The notes below the pieces were generated by a model. That model was not told the origin of the DNA. It saw only the letters and a list, made by a program, of their open reading frames with translations, and did not search any database. Below are positions 6,296 through 13,458 of a stretch of 40,216 nucleotides of DNA, piece by piece (the stretch's first letter is position 1; each line of letters begins with the position of its first letter). The stretch is from a virus (taxonomy: Duplodnaviria > Caudoviricetes): positions 1 to 40,216 of IMG/VR virus record IMGVR_UViG_3300030376_006429. The stretch is one strand, 5' to 3'. Both the position numbers and the translations under genes were made by a program.

Positions 6296-8008
6296 ATGCA
6301 AGTCGAAGACAAAGAAATAAATGGTTTTCAAATTGAAAACTTTAATCAGCACGGCTTAGATGTAGGTAAATCGCAGGGGACTTGTCCCCTGTGTTCTTCT
6401 TCTAGGAAACCTGAAAATAGAAAAGCAAAATGCGCTAGCTATGATTGGGAACGTGGTCTCGGCACTTGCCATAACTGTGATAAATCTTTTCAATTACATA
6501 CATTTAAACGTAAAGGTAAAGCTGAGCGTAATTATGTTATACCTCAACAAACAACTGTAGGTCAACTTGGTGATAAAGTTATAGACTGGTTTAAAACTAG
6601 AGGTATATCTGAACAAACATTAAAAGATGTAAAAGTAGGAGTTGGTAAAGAGTTTATGCCGCAGACCGGTAAAACCGAGAATACTATCCAGTTTAATTAT
6701 TTAGTTGGCGGTCAGTTAACTAATATTAAATATAGAGATGGTAGAAAAAACTTTAAGCTTTACAAAGGAGCTGAAAAAGTATTTTACAATATAGATAGTA
6801 TTGTTGGCCATGATACTTGTGTTATAGTTGAAGGCGAGATGGATGTACTTGCTATACACGAGTCAGGCTATACACCTGTAATATCAGTACCAAACGGTGC
6901 TACATTAAATACAAACAACCTAGATTATCTAGACAATTGTATTGATTACTTTGAAGATAAGAAAAAGATAATCATAGCAGTTGATGATGATCCACCTGGT
7001 GTAGCGTTACAACAAGAACTTATACGTAGACTAGGCGCTGAAGTTTGTTATATAGCTACGTTTGACGACTGTAAAGATGCAAATGAGTATTTAGTTAAAC
7101 ACGGCACTAAGGAGCTAATGTCACGTATTGATATAGCACATCCTGTACCTCTTGAAAATGTTACAACATTTAGAGACATTGAAGATGAAGTCACAGACTT
7201 TGTTCGTAATGGTTTTAAACGTGGCTATCAAATAGGTTTGCACAACTTTGATAATATATTTTCTACATATACTAAACAATTTATAACTGTAACAGGTGTA
7301 CCTAGTTCAGGTAAATCAGATTTTGTAGATCAAATGTGTGTAGGTTATAACAGAGAGTACGGTTGGAAAACTGCATTTGCATCTCCTGAAAATGCTCCTA
7401 CATATTTACACGCGCATAAGTTAATGCGTAAGGTATGGGGTGATATGCCCAACAAAGGTGATATTGGAGGTGATAAATGGAATCAAGTAGCTAATCACGT
7501 TAACGATAACTTTTTCTTTATCGATATGGAACGTTACACATTAGAATCAGTTTTACGTAAAGGAGCTGAGCTAGTTAAACGTAAAGGTATTAAATGCCTT
7601 GTTATTGATCCATATAATAAAGTTAGAGACACTGATTGCCAAACAGAGGATGTAAACCGTTATACAATGGAATATCTAACTAAGATTGAAACTTTTGCAA
7701 AAAAGTACGATGTATTAGTTTTCATTGTAGCACATCCAACAAAGATGTATAAAGGCCAAGATGGCAAGATCGAAGAGCCAACAATGTATAATATAAAAGG
7801 TGGTGGTGAATGGTACGATGCTAGTTATCACGGTTTGTTAGTTCATAGAGATTATGAAGCTAAAACAACTAAGGTCAAGGTGCTTAAAGTTAAGTTCCAA
7901 AACTTAGGTGAAAACGGTGCTGAAGCTCATTTTACTTGGGAACCTAGATCAGGTTGTTTTGTACCACGTGAAATGCCAGGCCTTGAAGAACAAATGCCTT
8001 GGGACTAA
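6296..8008 (+). CDS. T7 gp4/Twinkle-like DNA primase-helicase
   Basis: Zn-binding CPLC...CHNC, TOPRIM VEGEMD and AVDDD, CKDANE, Walker A GVPSSGKS, LVIDP, VAHP. Confidence 0.93.
   Translation: MQVEDKEINGFQIENFNQHGLDVGKSQGTCPLCSSSRKPENRKAKCASYDWERGLGTCHNCDKSFQLHTFKRKGKAERNYVIPQQTTVGQLGDKVIDWFKTRGISEQTLKDVKVGVGKEFMPQTGKTENTIQFNYLVGGQLTNIKYRDGRKNFKLYKGAEKVFYNIDSIVGHDTCVIVEGEMDVLAIHESGYTPVISVPNGATLNTNNLDYLDNCIDYFEDKKKIIIAVDDDPPGVALQQELIRRLGAEVCYIATFDDCKDANEYLVKHGTKELMSRIDIAHPVPLENVTTFRDIEDEVTDFVRNGFKRGYQIGLHNFDNIFSTYTKQFITVTGVPSSGKSDFVDQMCVGYNREYGWKTAFASPENAPTYLHAHKLMRKVWGDMPNKGDIGGDKWNQVANHVNDNFFFIDMERYTLESVLRKGAELVKRKGIKCLVIDPYNKVRDTDCQTEDVNRYTMEYLTKIETFAKKYDVLVFIVAHPTKMYKGQDGKIEEPTMYNIKGGGEWYDASYHGLLVHRDYEAKTTKVKVLKVKFQNLGENGAEAHFTWEPRSGCFVPREMPGLEEQMPWD
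6372..6400 (+). terminator. Intragenic GC-rich hairpin with pyrimidine tail (attenuator candidate)
   Basis: CGCAGGGGA-CTTG-TCCCCTGTG followed by TTCTTCTT, about 80 nt into the primase-helicase gene. Confidence 0.4.
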
Positions 8009-8262
8009 AGAAGTTTACAGCTGATGATGTTAAATGGACAGTTGAAGATAAAAAAGCTTATAGGTGGTGTATTAACCACGGTATTAAAATAGGAGTAATA
8101 GCTGCTCAAAAAGGCTTTGATGTTGGATCTTGGAAAATACGAATCGTAGCTAACAATAAAGAAATGATTAGCCCAGGAGATTATAGTAGAACAGAGATAT
8201 ATCCTAAACTATTTGAAATGTATAGATACTATTACAAACAAAATACGAAGGGTAAAGGATAA
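7999..8262 (+). CDS. Hypothetical protein
   Basis: 87-aa ORF with TTG start overlapping the helicase stop; start uncertain. Confidence 0.65.
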   Translation: MGLKKFTADDVKWTVEDKKAYRWCINHGIKIGVIAAQKGFDVGSWKIRIVANNKEMISPGDYSRTEIYPKLFEMYRYYYKQNTKGKG

Positions 8263-8269
8263 TAAATAT

Positions 8270-8956
8270 ATGATAGAATATAAATTTAAAAACGCAAGCG
8301 AAGCTTTTGACTTTTACTATGGAGTAATACCTAATGAAGGTAAAAGGTTTAATAACACTAAAGCTATGTTTAATCAAGGCTTTACTATATTAAATCCTAA
8401 AGATAGAATAATAACCAATGAAGCTAGAAACTTTAATGTTGAGTATGCTGAAGCTGAGTGGCAGTGGTACTTATCAGGTGATAGATCAACCGCTAAACTT
8501 GGTGAAATATATGGTAAGATACCTCAAATATGGCAACGTATGTCTGATGGCAATGGTAATGTAAACTCTAATTATGGTTGGCAATGGGAAAGAGGTTATC
8601 AACTAGACAAGGTTATAGCACAGTTAAAAGACAATGCAGGAACAAGACAAGCTGCAATATCGATATACGATGGTAAAGAAATAAGTAAATACAGACACGA
8701 TACACCTTGTACTTATGCTGTACAGTTTACAGTTGTAGATAATAAGCTCGACATGTGTGTTGTAATGAGATCTAACGATCTTTGGTTTGGTTTTTGTAAT
8801 GATCAATATCAATTCAGCAAACTGCAAGAGATGGTCTCTAAACGCACAGGATACGATATGGGTATATATTATCATTTTGCACATAATCTGCATATATATG
8901 ATGATCAATTGCCAGAACAAAATACGTTAACATCAAGAGCTAGAACATATGGATAA
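8270..8956 (+). CDS. Thymidylate synthase-fold enzyme of dCMP hydroxymethylase (T4 gp42-like) type
   Basis: YAEAEWQWY, GNVNSNYGW, DTPCT.AVQF, MRSNDLWFGFCND, NLHIY; Asp at the position that is Asn in ThyA; probable start at 8270 after the upstream stop (track gives 8213). Confidence 0.8.
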   Translation: MIEYKFKNASEAFDFYYGVIPNEGKRFNNTKAMFNQGFTILNPKDRIITNEARNFNVEYAEAEWQWYLSGDRSTAKLGEIYGKIPQIWQRMSDGNGNVNSNYGWQWERGYQLDKVIAQLKDNAGTRQAAISIYDGKEISKYRHDTPCTYAVQFTVVDNKLDMCVVMRSNDLWFGFCNDQYQFSKLQEMVSKRTGYDMGIYYHFAHNLHIYDDQLPEQNTLTSRARTYG

Positions 8957-9809
8957 AATTAATTATTATTTATACCATATACCGGGTAAAAAAATAGGTG
9001 TTACACGTGATCTTATATCTAGAGTCGTAGACCAACAAGGCTATGACTTAGACGAAGTAGAAGTTCTAGAGCAAAGTACAGATATAGATTATATATCCGA
9101 CCGCGAGTTAGAACTTCAATTATCTTACGGCTATAGGGTTGACAGACAAAAATACAAAGATTTATATATAAACCAAATAAAAAACCAAACAATGAATATA
9201 AATGCAACCGAACAAACCTCAACGTTTCCAGTTCCTGTATCTAAACTAAAAGGTAGGTTAATGGATAATATGGGTAAAACATGGTTAACATCTCACGGTA
9301 AATTTGAGATTAACATGGACACTATAAAATGGATAATGGAAAATGTAACAACTTCACAATACACAACTGAAAGATGTTACATATATAATAAAGCATTTGC
9401 TAAATACTTTAACACACCTAGATTTCCATTTGGTGACGACGCATATCAAGCGTATTACGATACTCTAAATAAAAGAGCTACATTAAATGGTAATATGAAA
9501 TATATGAATACTGATAATAGATTCCAGCTTATAAGAGACTGGGCAGGCGAAAGAGGTCTTTATACTAAAGGCGATACTAAAACTCAGTTCTGCAAATTAA
9601 TGGAAGAAGCTGGTGAATTAGGTAGAGCTGTACTTAAGGATAATCAAGAAGAGTTTGTAGACGCTATAGGAGATATGGTAGTTGTATTAACTAATATGGC
9701 TCATCTTGGCGGTACAACAATTGAAGAGTGTATAGACGAAGCGTACAAAGTTATAGCTAAGAGAACTGGTAAAATGGTTAACGGAACATTTGTAAAAGAT
9801 GAAGAGTAA
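8949..9809 (+). CDS. Fusion protein: GIY-YIG-like N-terminus, unknown middle domain, MazG-like NTP pyrophosphohydrolase
   Basis: N-terminal YYLYHIPGKKIGVTRDL..R...Q; C-terminal IRDWA.ERGL...KLMEEAGEL...DAIGDM.VVL (ExxE...D..D metal site). Confidence 0.75.
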   Translation: MDKINYYLYHIPGKKIGVTRDLISRVVDQQGYDLDEVEVLEQSTDIDYISDRELELQLSYGYRVDRQKYKDLYINQIKNQTMNINATEQTSTFPVPVSKLKGRLMDNMGKTWLTSHGKFEINMDTIKWIMENVTTSQYTTERCYIYNKAFAKYFNTPRFPFGDDAYQAYYDTLNKRATLNGNMKYMNTDNRFQLIRDWAGERGLYTKGDTKTQFCKLMEEAGELGRAVLKDNQEEFVDAIGDMVVVLTNMAHLGGTTIEECIDEAYKVIAKRTGKMVNGTFVKDEE

Positions 9810-10110
9810 AGCTATTTTATTTAGAGACCCTGTGGTAGAAAGAGTGTGTGACAAATTTGTAACACGTTCTGATGTTGGCTATGCTAAGTATGGTAGAACA
9901 TTACACGACGAAAGAGCTGGTAAACATAAAGATCTAGCTGGTTATTTAAACGATGTACAAGAAGAGCTTATGGATGCGATACTTTATATTCAAGCTGCAC
10001 GTGAAGAGTTAGCAGAAGCTAAACCACAACCTGAAGCTTTTAGACCACCACATCCTTCACATGCTTCATCTGCACAACTAGACTGGGACGATGCGATCTC
10101 GCCGGTATAA
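9799..10110 (+). CDS. All-alpha (MazG-like) nucleotide pyrophosphohydrolase-type protein
   Basis: RS..G..KYG followed by L...QEELMDAILY, typical of small phage dNTP diphosphohydrolase-like proteins. Confidence 0.6.
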   Translation: MKSKAILFRDPVVERVCDKFVTRSDVGYAKYGRTLHDERAGKHKDLAGYLNDVQEELMDAILYIQAAREELAEAKPQPEAFRPPHPSHASSAQLDWDDAISPV

Positions 10111-10540
10111 AAAGAAAGGACCTGTACGTTCTAAGAAGGTAACGTATGATGGTATTACTTTTCAGTCTGGTCTTGAAAAGTATATGTACATAGCACTTAA
10201 AAAAGCTAAGATCAAAGCACAATATGAAGGGACAACTTACGAGTTGATCCCTTCTTTCAACTATGATAAATCATGTTATGAAAGACAAAGTAATGGAAAA
10301 GGTGATTACCGTGATAGAGGTAATAAAAAAATACTTAATATTAAGTATACACCAGATTTTGTTGGAAATGGCTTTATCATTGAATGCAAAGGACGTGCTA
10401 ACGAATCTTTTCCAATACGTTGGAAACTATTTAAAATGTATTTATTCCACACTAGGTCAGAAGTTACGTTATATAAACCACAAAATCAAAAAGAATGCGA
10501 CGAAACCGTGAGCTTAATTCTTGGGAGAAAAAAGATTTAG
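10091..10540 (+). CDS. T7 endonuclease I-like Holliday junction resolvase
   Basis: FQSGLE...YE...YTPDF...IIECKG motif set. Confidence 0.8.
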   Translation: MRSRRYKKKGPVRSKKVTYDGITFQSGLEKYMYIALKKAKIKAQYEGTTYELIPSFNYDKSCYERQSNGKGDYRDRGNKKILNIKYTPDFVGNGFIIECKGRANESFPIRWKLFKMYLFHTRSEVTLYKPQNQKECDETVSLILGRKKI

Positions 10541-10680
10541 CAAGAAGAAAATATGCCGAGCGTCAATTACAAAAGTTTATAGACTGGAGTATTGAAGCTA
10601 AAGGTTATCTAAAATATAAAGATTTAATTAAATATTCAGAAAAATATGGCCAAGCTGACACTATCACCGTATCGAGTTAA
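10495..10680 (+). CDS. Hypothetical protein
   Basis: 61-aa ORF on the coding strand, overlapping neighbours. Confidence 0.5.
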   Translation: MRRNRELNSWEKKDLARRKYAERQLQKFIDWSIEAKGYLKYKDLIKYSEKYGQADTITVSS

Positions 10681-10780
10681 GGTAAAAAAGAAAAGACCAG
10701 GTGTTCATAGTAAATGTAGGACATCTAATTCTAAGAACAGTATTCATTACAAGAAAAAATATAAAGGACAAGGAAGATGA
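10646..10780 (+). CDS. Small highly basic protein (44 aa)
   Basis: MAKLTLSPYRVKVKKKRPGVHSKCRTSNSKNSIHYKKKYKGQGR*; ATGA overlap with the next gene; no acidic residues. Confidence 0.6.
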   Translation: MAKLTLSPYRVKVKKKRPGVHSKCRTSNSKNSIHYKKKYKGQGR

Positions 10781-11016
10781 AAGAGAGCAAGTTGTTAGAA
10801 ATGCAAAACAAAATTAAGGCTATGACCAATGTGTTACAGCAATTAATAAGTGAAATAACACATCTAAGAGAGTTAAGTGTAGGAACTTTAGAAACTATAA
10901 AGCTTATGCCTGATTATCAAGATGCTATTGATGCTTTAAAAAAGCAAATGGAAGAAAATGTAAAAGAAAAACAAAAAGCAAAACAAAATGGAGTTAAGCA
11001 ACAAGATACTAAGTGA
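10777..11016 (+). CDS. Coiled-coil hypothetical protein
   Basis: 79-aa helical ORF directly upstream of the RNR gene. Confidence 0.7.
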   Translation: MKESKLLEMQNKIKAMTNVLQQLISEITHLRELSVGTLETIKLMPDYQDAIDALKKQMEENVKEKQKAKQNGVKQQDTK

Positions 11017-12850
11017 TATAACAGTTTACATGAAGTATGCTAAATTTGTTCCTGAGTTAAACCGTAGAGAGACTTGGGCAGAATTAGTTACGCGTAATAA
11101 AAACATGCATATTAAAAAGTATCCCGCGTTAACTGATCAGATTGAAGAAGCTTACAAGTTGGTATATGAAAAGAAGATTTTACCGTCTATGCGATCATTA
11201 CAATTTGGAGGTAAGCCTATTGAGATCTCGCCTAATAGAGTCTATAATTGTGCTTATTTACCTATTGATAGCATTGACTGTTTTCATGAAATAATGTTTT
11301 TATTATTAGGTGGAACTGGAGTAGGTTACTCTGTGCAACAACACCACGTAGCTAAATTACCTATAGTTAATAAACCCTATGTTAAAAGAACTAGAAGGTT
11401 TTTAATTGGTGATAGTATAGAAGGATGGGCTGATGCTATTAAAGTTCTTATGAAGTCCTATATGGGTGATAAGAGATCATCTAGCGTACAGTTTGATTTT
11501 TCTGATATTAGACCAAAAGGAGCTCAGCTAGTTACATCAGGTGGTAAAGCACCAGGTCCTCAACCATTGAAAGAGTGTATACTAAAAATTAAAGGTATAT
11601 TTGATGGTAAAGAAGATGGAACACCATTAACAACTTTAGAAGCACACGACGTTGTTTGCCATATTGCCGATGCTGTATTAGCAGGCGGTATACGTAGAGC
11701 AGCTTTAATTAGTTTGTTTTCTGCAGGTGACGACGAAATGATTGCAGCTAAGTCTGGTAATTGGTGGGAGACAGACCCACAAAGAGGTAGATCAAACAAC
11801 TCTGCTGTTCTTATGAGACATAAAGTAACTAAAGAGTTTTTTATGGATCTGTGGAAACGTGTAGAGTTATCAGGATCAGGTGAACCAGGTATTTATCTTA
11901 ATAACGATAAAGACTGGGGAACTAATCCTTGTTGTGAAATAGCATTAAGACCTTTTCAGTTTTGTAACTTATGTGAGGTAAATGCTAGTGATCTTGAGTC
12001 ACAAGAAGACTTTAACGATAGAGTTAAGAAAGCAAGCTTTATAGGTACGCTACAAGCTGGTTACACTGACTTTCATTATTTAAGAGATGTATGGAGAGAA
12101 ACGACAGAGAAGGACGCCCTTATCGGTGTATCAATGACAGGAATAGGAAGTGCCGCTGTGCTGCAGTTGGATATGAAGGCCGCTGCAAGTATAGTAAAAA
12201 GAGAGAATACAAAAACAGCTAAGCTAATTGGTATTAATCCAGCTGCTAGATGTACAACCGTAAAACCTGCTGGGACAACATCTCTGGCGTTAGGAACTTC
12301 ATCGGGTATTCACGCATGGCATGCGGATTACTATACACGTAGGATCAGAGTTGGTAAAAACGAATCTATGTATAAATACTTAGCAGAAAACCATCCTGAG
12401 CTAGTTGAAGATGAGTTTTTTAGACCTCATGACACTGCTGTAATTAGCATACCACAAAAAGCACCTAAAGGTTCTATATTAAGAGATGAATCACCATTTG
12501 ATTTACTTGAACGTATAAAGAAAGTTGCTACAGAGTGGGTTAAACCAGGTCATAGAAAAGGATCTAACACTCATAACGTTTCAGCTACTGTTAGTTTAAA
12601 ACAAGATGAATGGGATACAGCAGGTAAATGGATGTGGAAAAATAGAGACTATTATAATGGATTATCTGTATTACCTTATGATGGAGGTACTTATACTCAA
12701 GCACCGTTTGAAGACATAAGTAAAGTTAAATATGATATGGCTATGAAGCATTTAAAAAATGTTGACTTAACTAGGATTGTAGAAACAGACGATGATACAG
12801 ATCTTTCAGGTGAATTAGCCTGCGCAGGTGGAGCATGTGAAATAACATGA
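10988..12850 (+). CDS. nrdJ: Class II (adenosylcobalamin-dependent) ribonucleotide reductase, monomeric type
   Basis: RRETW, LPSMR, YNCA, GTGVG, NPCCEI, CNLCE, TVKPAGT and C-terminal CAGGAC; no small-subunit gene nearby. Confidence 0.92.
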   Translation: MELSNKILSDITVYMKYAKFVPELNRRETWAELVTRNKNMHIKKYPALTDQIEEAYKLVYEKKILPSMRSLQFGGKPIEISPNRVYNCAYLPIDSIDCFHEIMFLLLGGTGVGYSVQQHHVAKLPIVNKPYVKRTRRFLIGDSIEGWADAIKVLMKSYMGDKRSSSVQFDFSDIRPKGAQLVTSGGKAPGPQPLKECILKIKGIFDGKEDGTPLTTLEAHDVVCHIADAVLAGGIRRAALISLFSAGDDEMIAAKSGNWWETDPQRGRSNNSAVLMRHKVTKEFFMDLWKRVELSGSGEPGIYLNNDKDWGTNPCCEIALRPFQFCNLCEVNASDLESQEDFNDRVKKASFIGTLQAGYTDFHYLRDVWRETTEKDALIGVSMTGIGSAAVLQLDMKAAASIVKRENTKTAKLIGINPAARCTTVKPAGTTSLALGTSSGIHAWHADYYTRRIRVGKNESMYKYLAENHPELVEDEFFRPHDTAVISIPQKAPKGSILRDESPFDLLERIKKVATEWVKPGHRKGSNTHNVSATVSLKQDEWDTAGKWMWKNRDYYNGLSVLPYDGGTYTQAPFEDISKVKYDMAMKHLKNVDLTRIVETDDDTDLSGELACAGGACEIT

Positions 12851-13104
12851 TAGAGTCATTTGTCTATGGTTTATTAGCTGCAGGTGTTATGTTAGCTATA
12901 AACAAGGTTGTTACAACTATATTTATAAAAGTAAAAAATAGTGGAATAGCATTAGTCTATGGTAGTTTAGCTGCTAAGTTAGTGTTTTTAAGTATATTTA
13001 CTTTAGTTATAAAAAATGATCTACAAAATTCCATAGTATATTGTTCTATAATTTTAATAGGTATAATATATTCTAATTTAAATACAATACTAAAATTAAA
13101 ATGA
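12847..13104 (+). CDS. Small membrane protein (about 3 TM)
   Basis: Three hydrophobic segments separated by Lys-containing loops; ATGA overlap with RNR. Confidence 0.7.
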   Translation: MIESFVYGLLAAGVMLAINKVVTTIFIKVKNSGIALVYGSLAAKLVFLSIFTLVIKNDLQNSIVYCSIILIGIIYSNLNTILKLK

Positions 13105-13268
13105 AACGATTAGCTATAATAGGAGGTATCGGCATGATGACTATGGCTGGTACTAACATGATTTGGCACGGTCAAAAATTAAATCAACAAAACGTGTTCA
13201 ACCCAAACACACTTGCGATAGCGAGCGGCGCATTTTTCGTGTCGATAGGTATAACTATTAAAATATAA
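13101..13268 (+). CDS. Small two-TM membrane protein (55 aa)
   Basis: MKRLAIIGGIGMMTMAGTNMIWHGQKLNQQNVFNPNTLAIASGAFFVSIGITIKI*; ATGA overlap. Confidence 0.6.
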   Translation: MKRLAIIGGIGMMTMAGTNMIWHGQKLNQQNVFNPNTLAIASGAFFVSIGITIKI

Positions 13269-13271
13269 TAT

Positions 13272-13391
13272 ATGGCGAATAAGTTTAAACCTCATATGAT
13301 GTACAAAGGTAAAAGCGCTATAAAAGCTGATACTTACAAAAAACATCTTGAGTTAAAGAAAAAAGGATACGGGCATAAAAAGCCTAAATAA
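13272..13391 (+). CDS. Small basic His/Lys-rich protein (39 aa)
   Basis: MANKFKPHMMYKGKSAIKADTYKKHLELKKKGYGHKKPK*; last gene before the terminator. Confidence 0.6.
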   Translation: MANKFKPHMMYKGKSAIKADTYKKHLELKKKGYGHKKPK

Positions 13392-13392
13392 T

Positions 13393-13421
13393 AAAAGGGG
13401 ATCAATTACGATCCCCTTTTT
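13393..13421. terminator. Bidirectional intrinsic terminator between convergent modules
   Basis: AAAAGGGGATC-AATTAC-GATCCCCTTTTT; perfect arms with A/T tracts on both sides. Confidence 0.85.
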
Positions 13422-13430
13422 GGTTACAGG

Positions 13431-13458
13431 AACTTTGGGTATGGTGCCCAGTTTTTTT
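13431..13458 (+). terminator. Second, tandem terminator-like hairpin
   Basis: AAC(TT)TGGGTA-TGG-TGCCCAGTT followed by a T run. Confidence 0.4.

Noticed and set aside
8270-8956. Ordinary thymidylate synthase (thyA)
   Set aside because: Asp replaces the dUMP-specifying Asn and the motifs follow the T4 gp42 pattern.
12110-12190. Locally GC-rich stretch in the RNR gene with GCCGCTG twice
   Set aside because: Explained by Ala-Ala codons; no convincing long stem found by eye.
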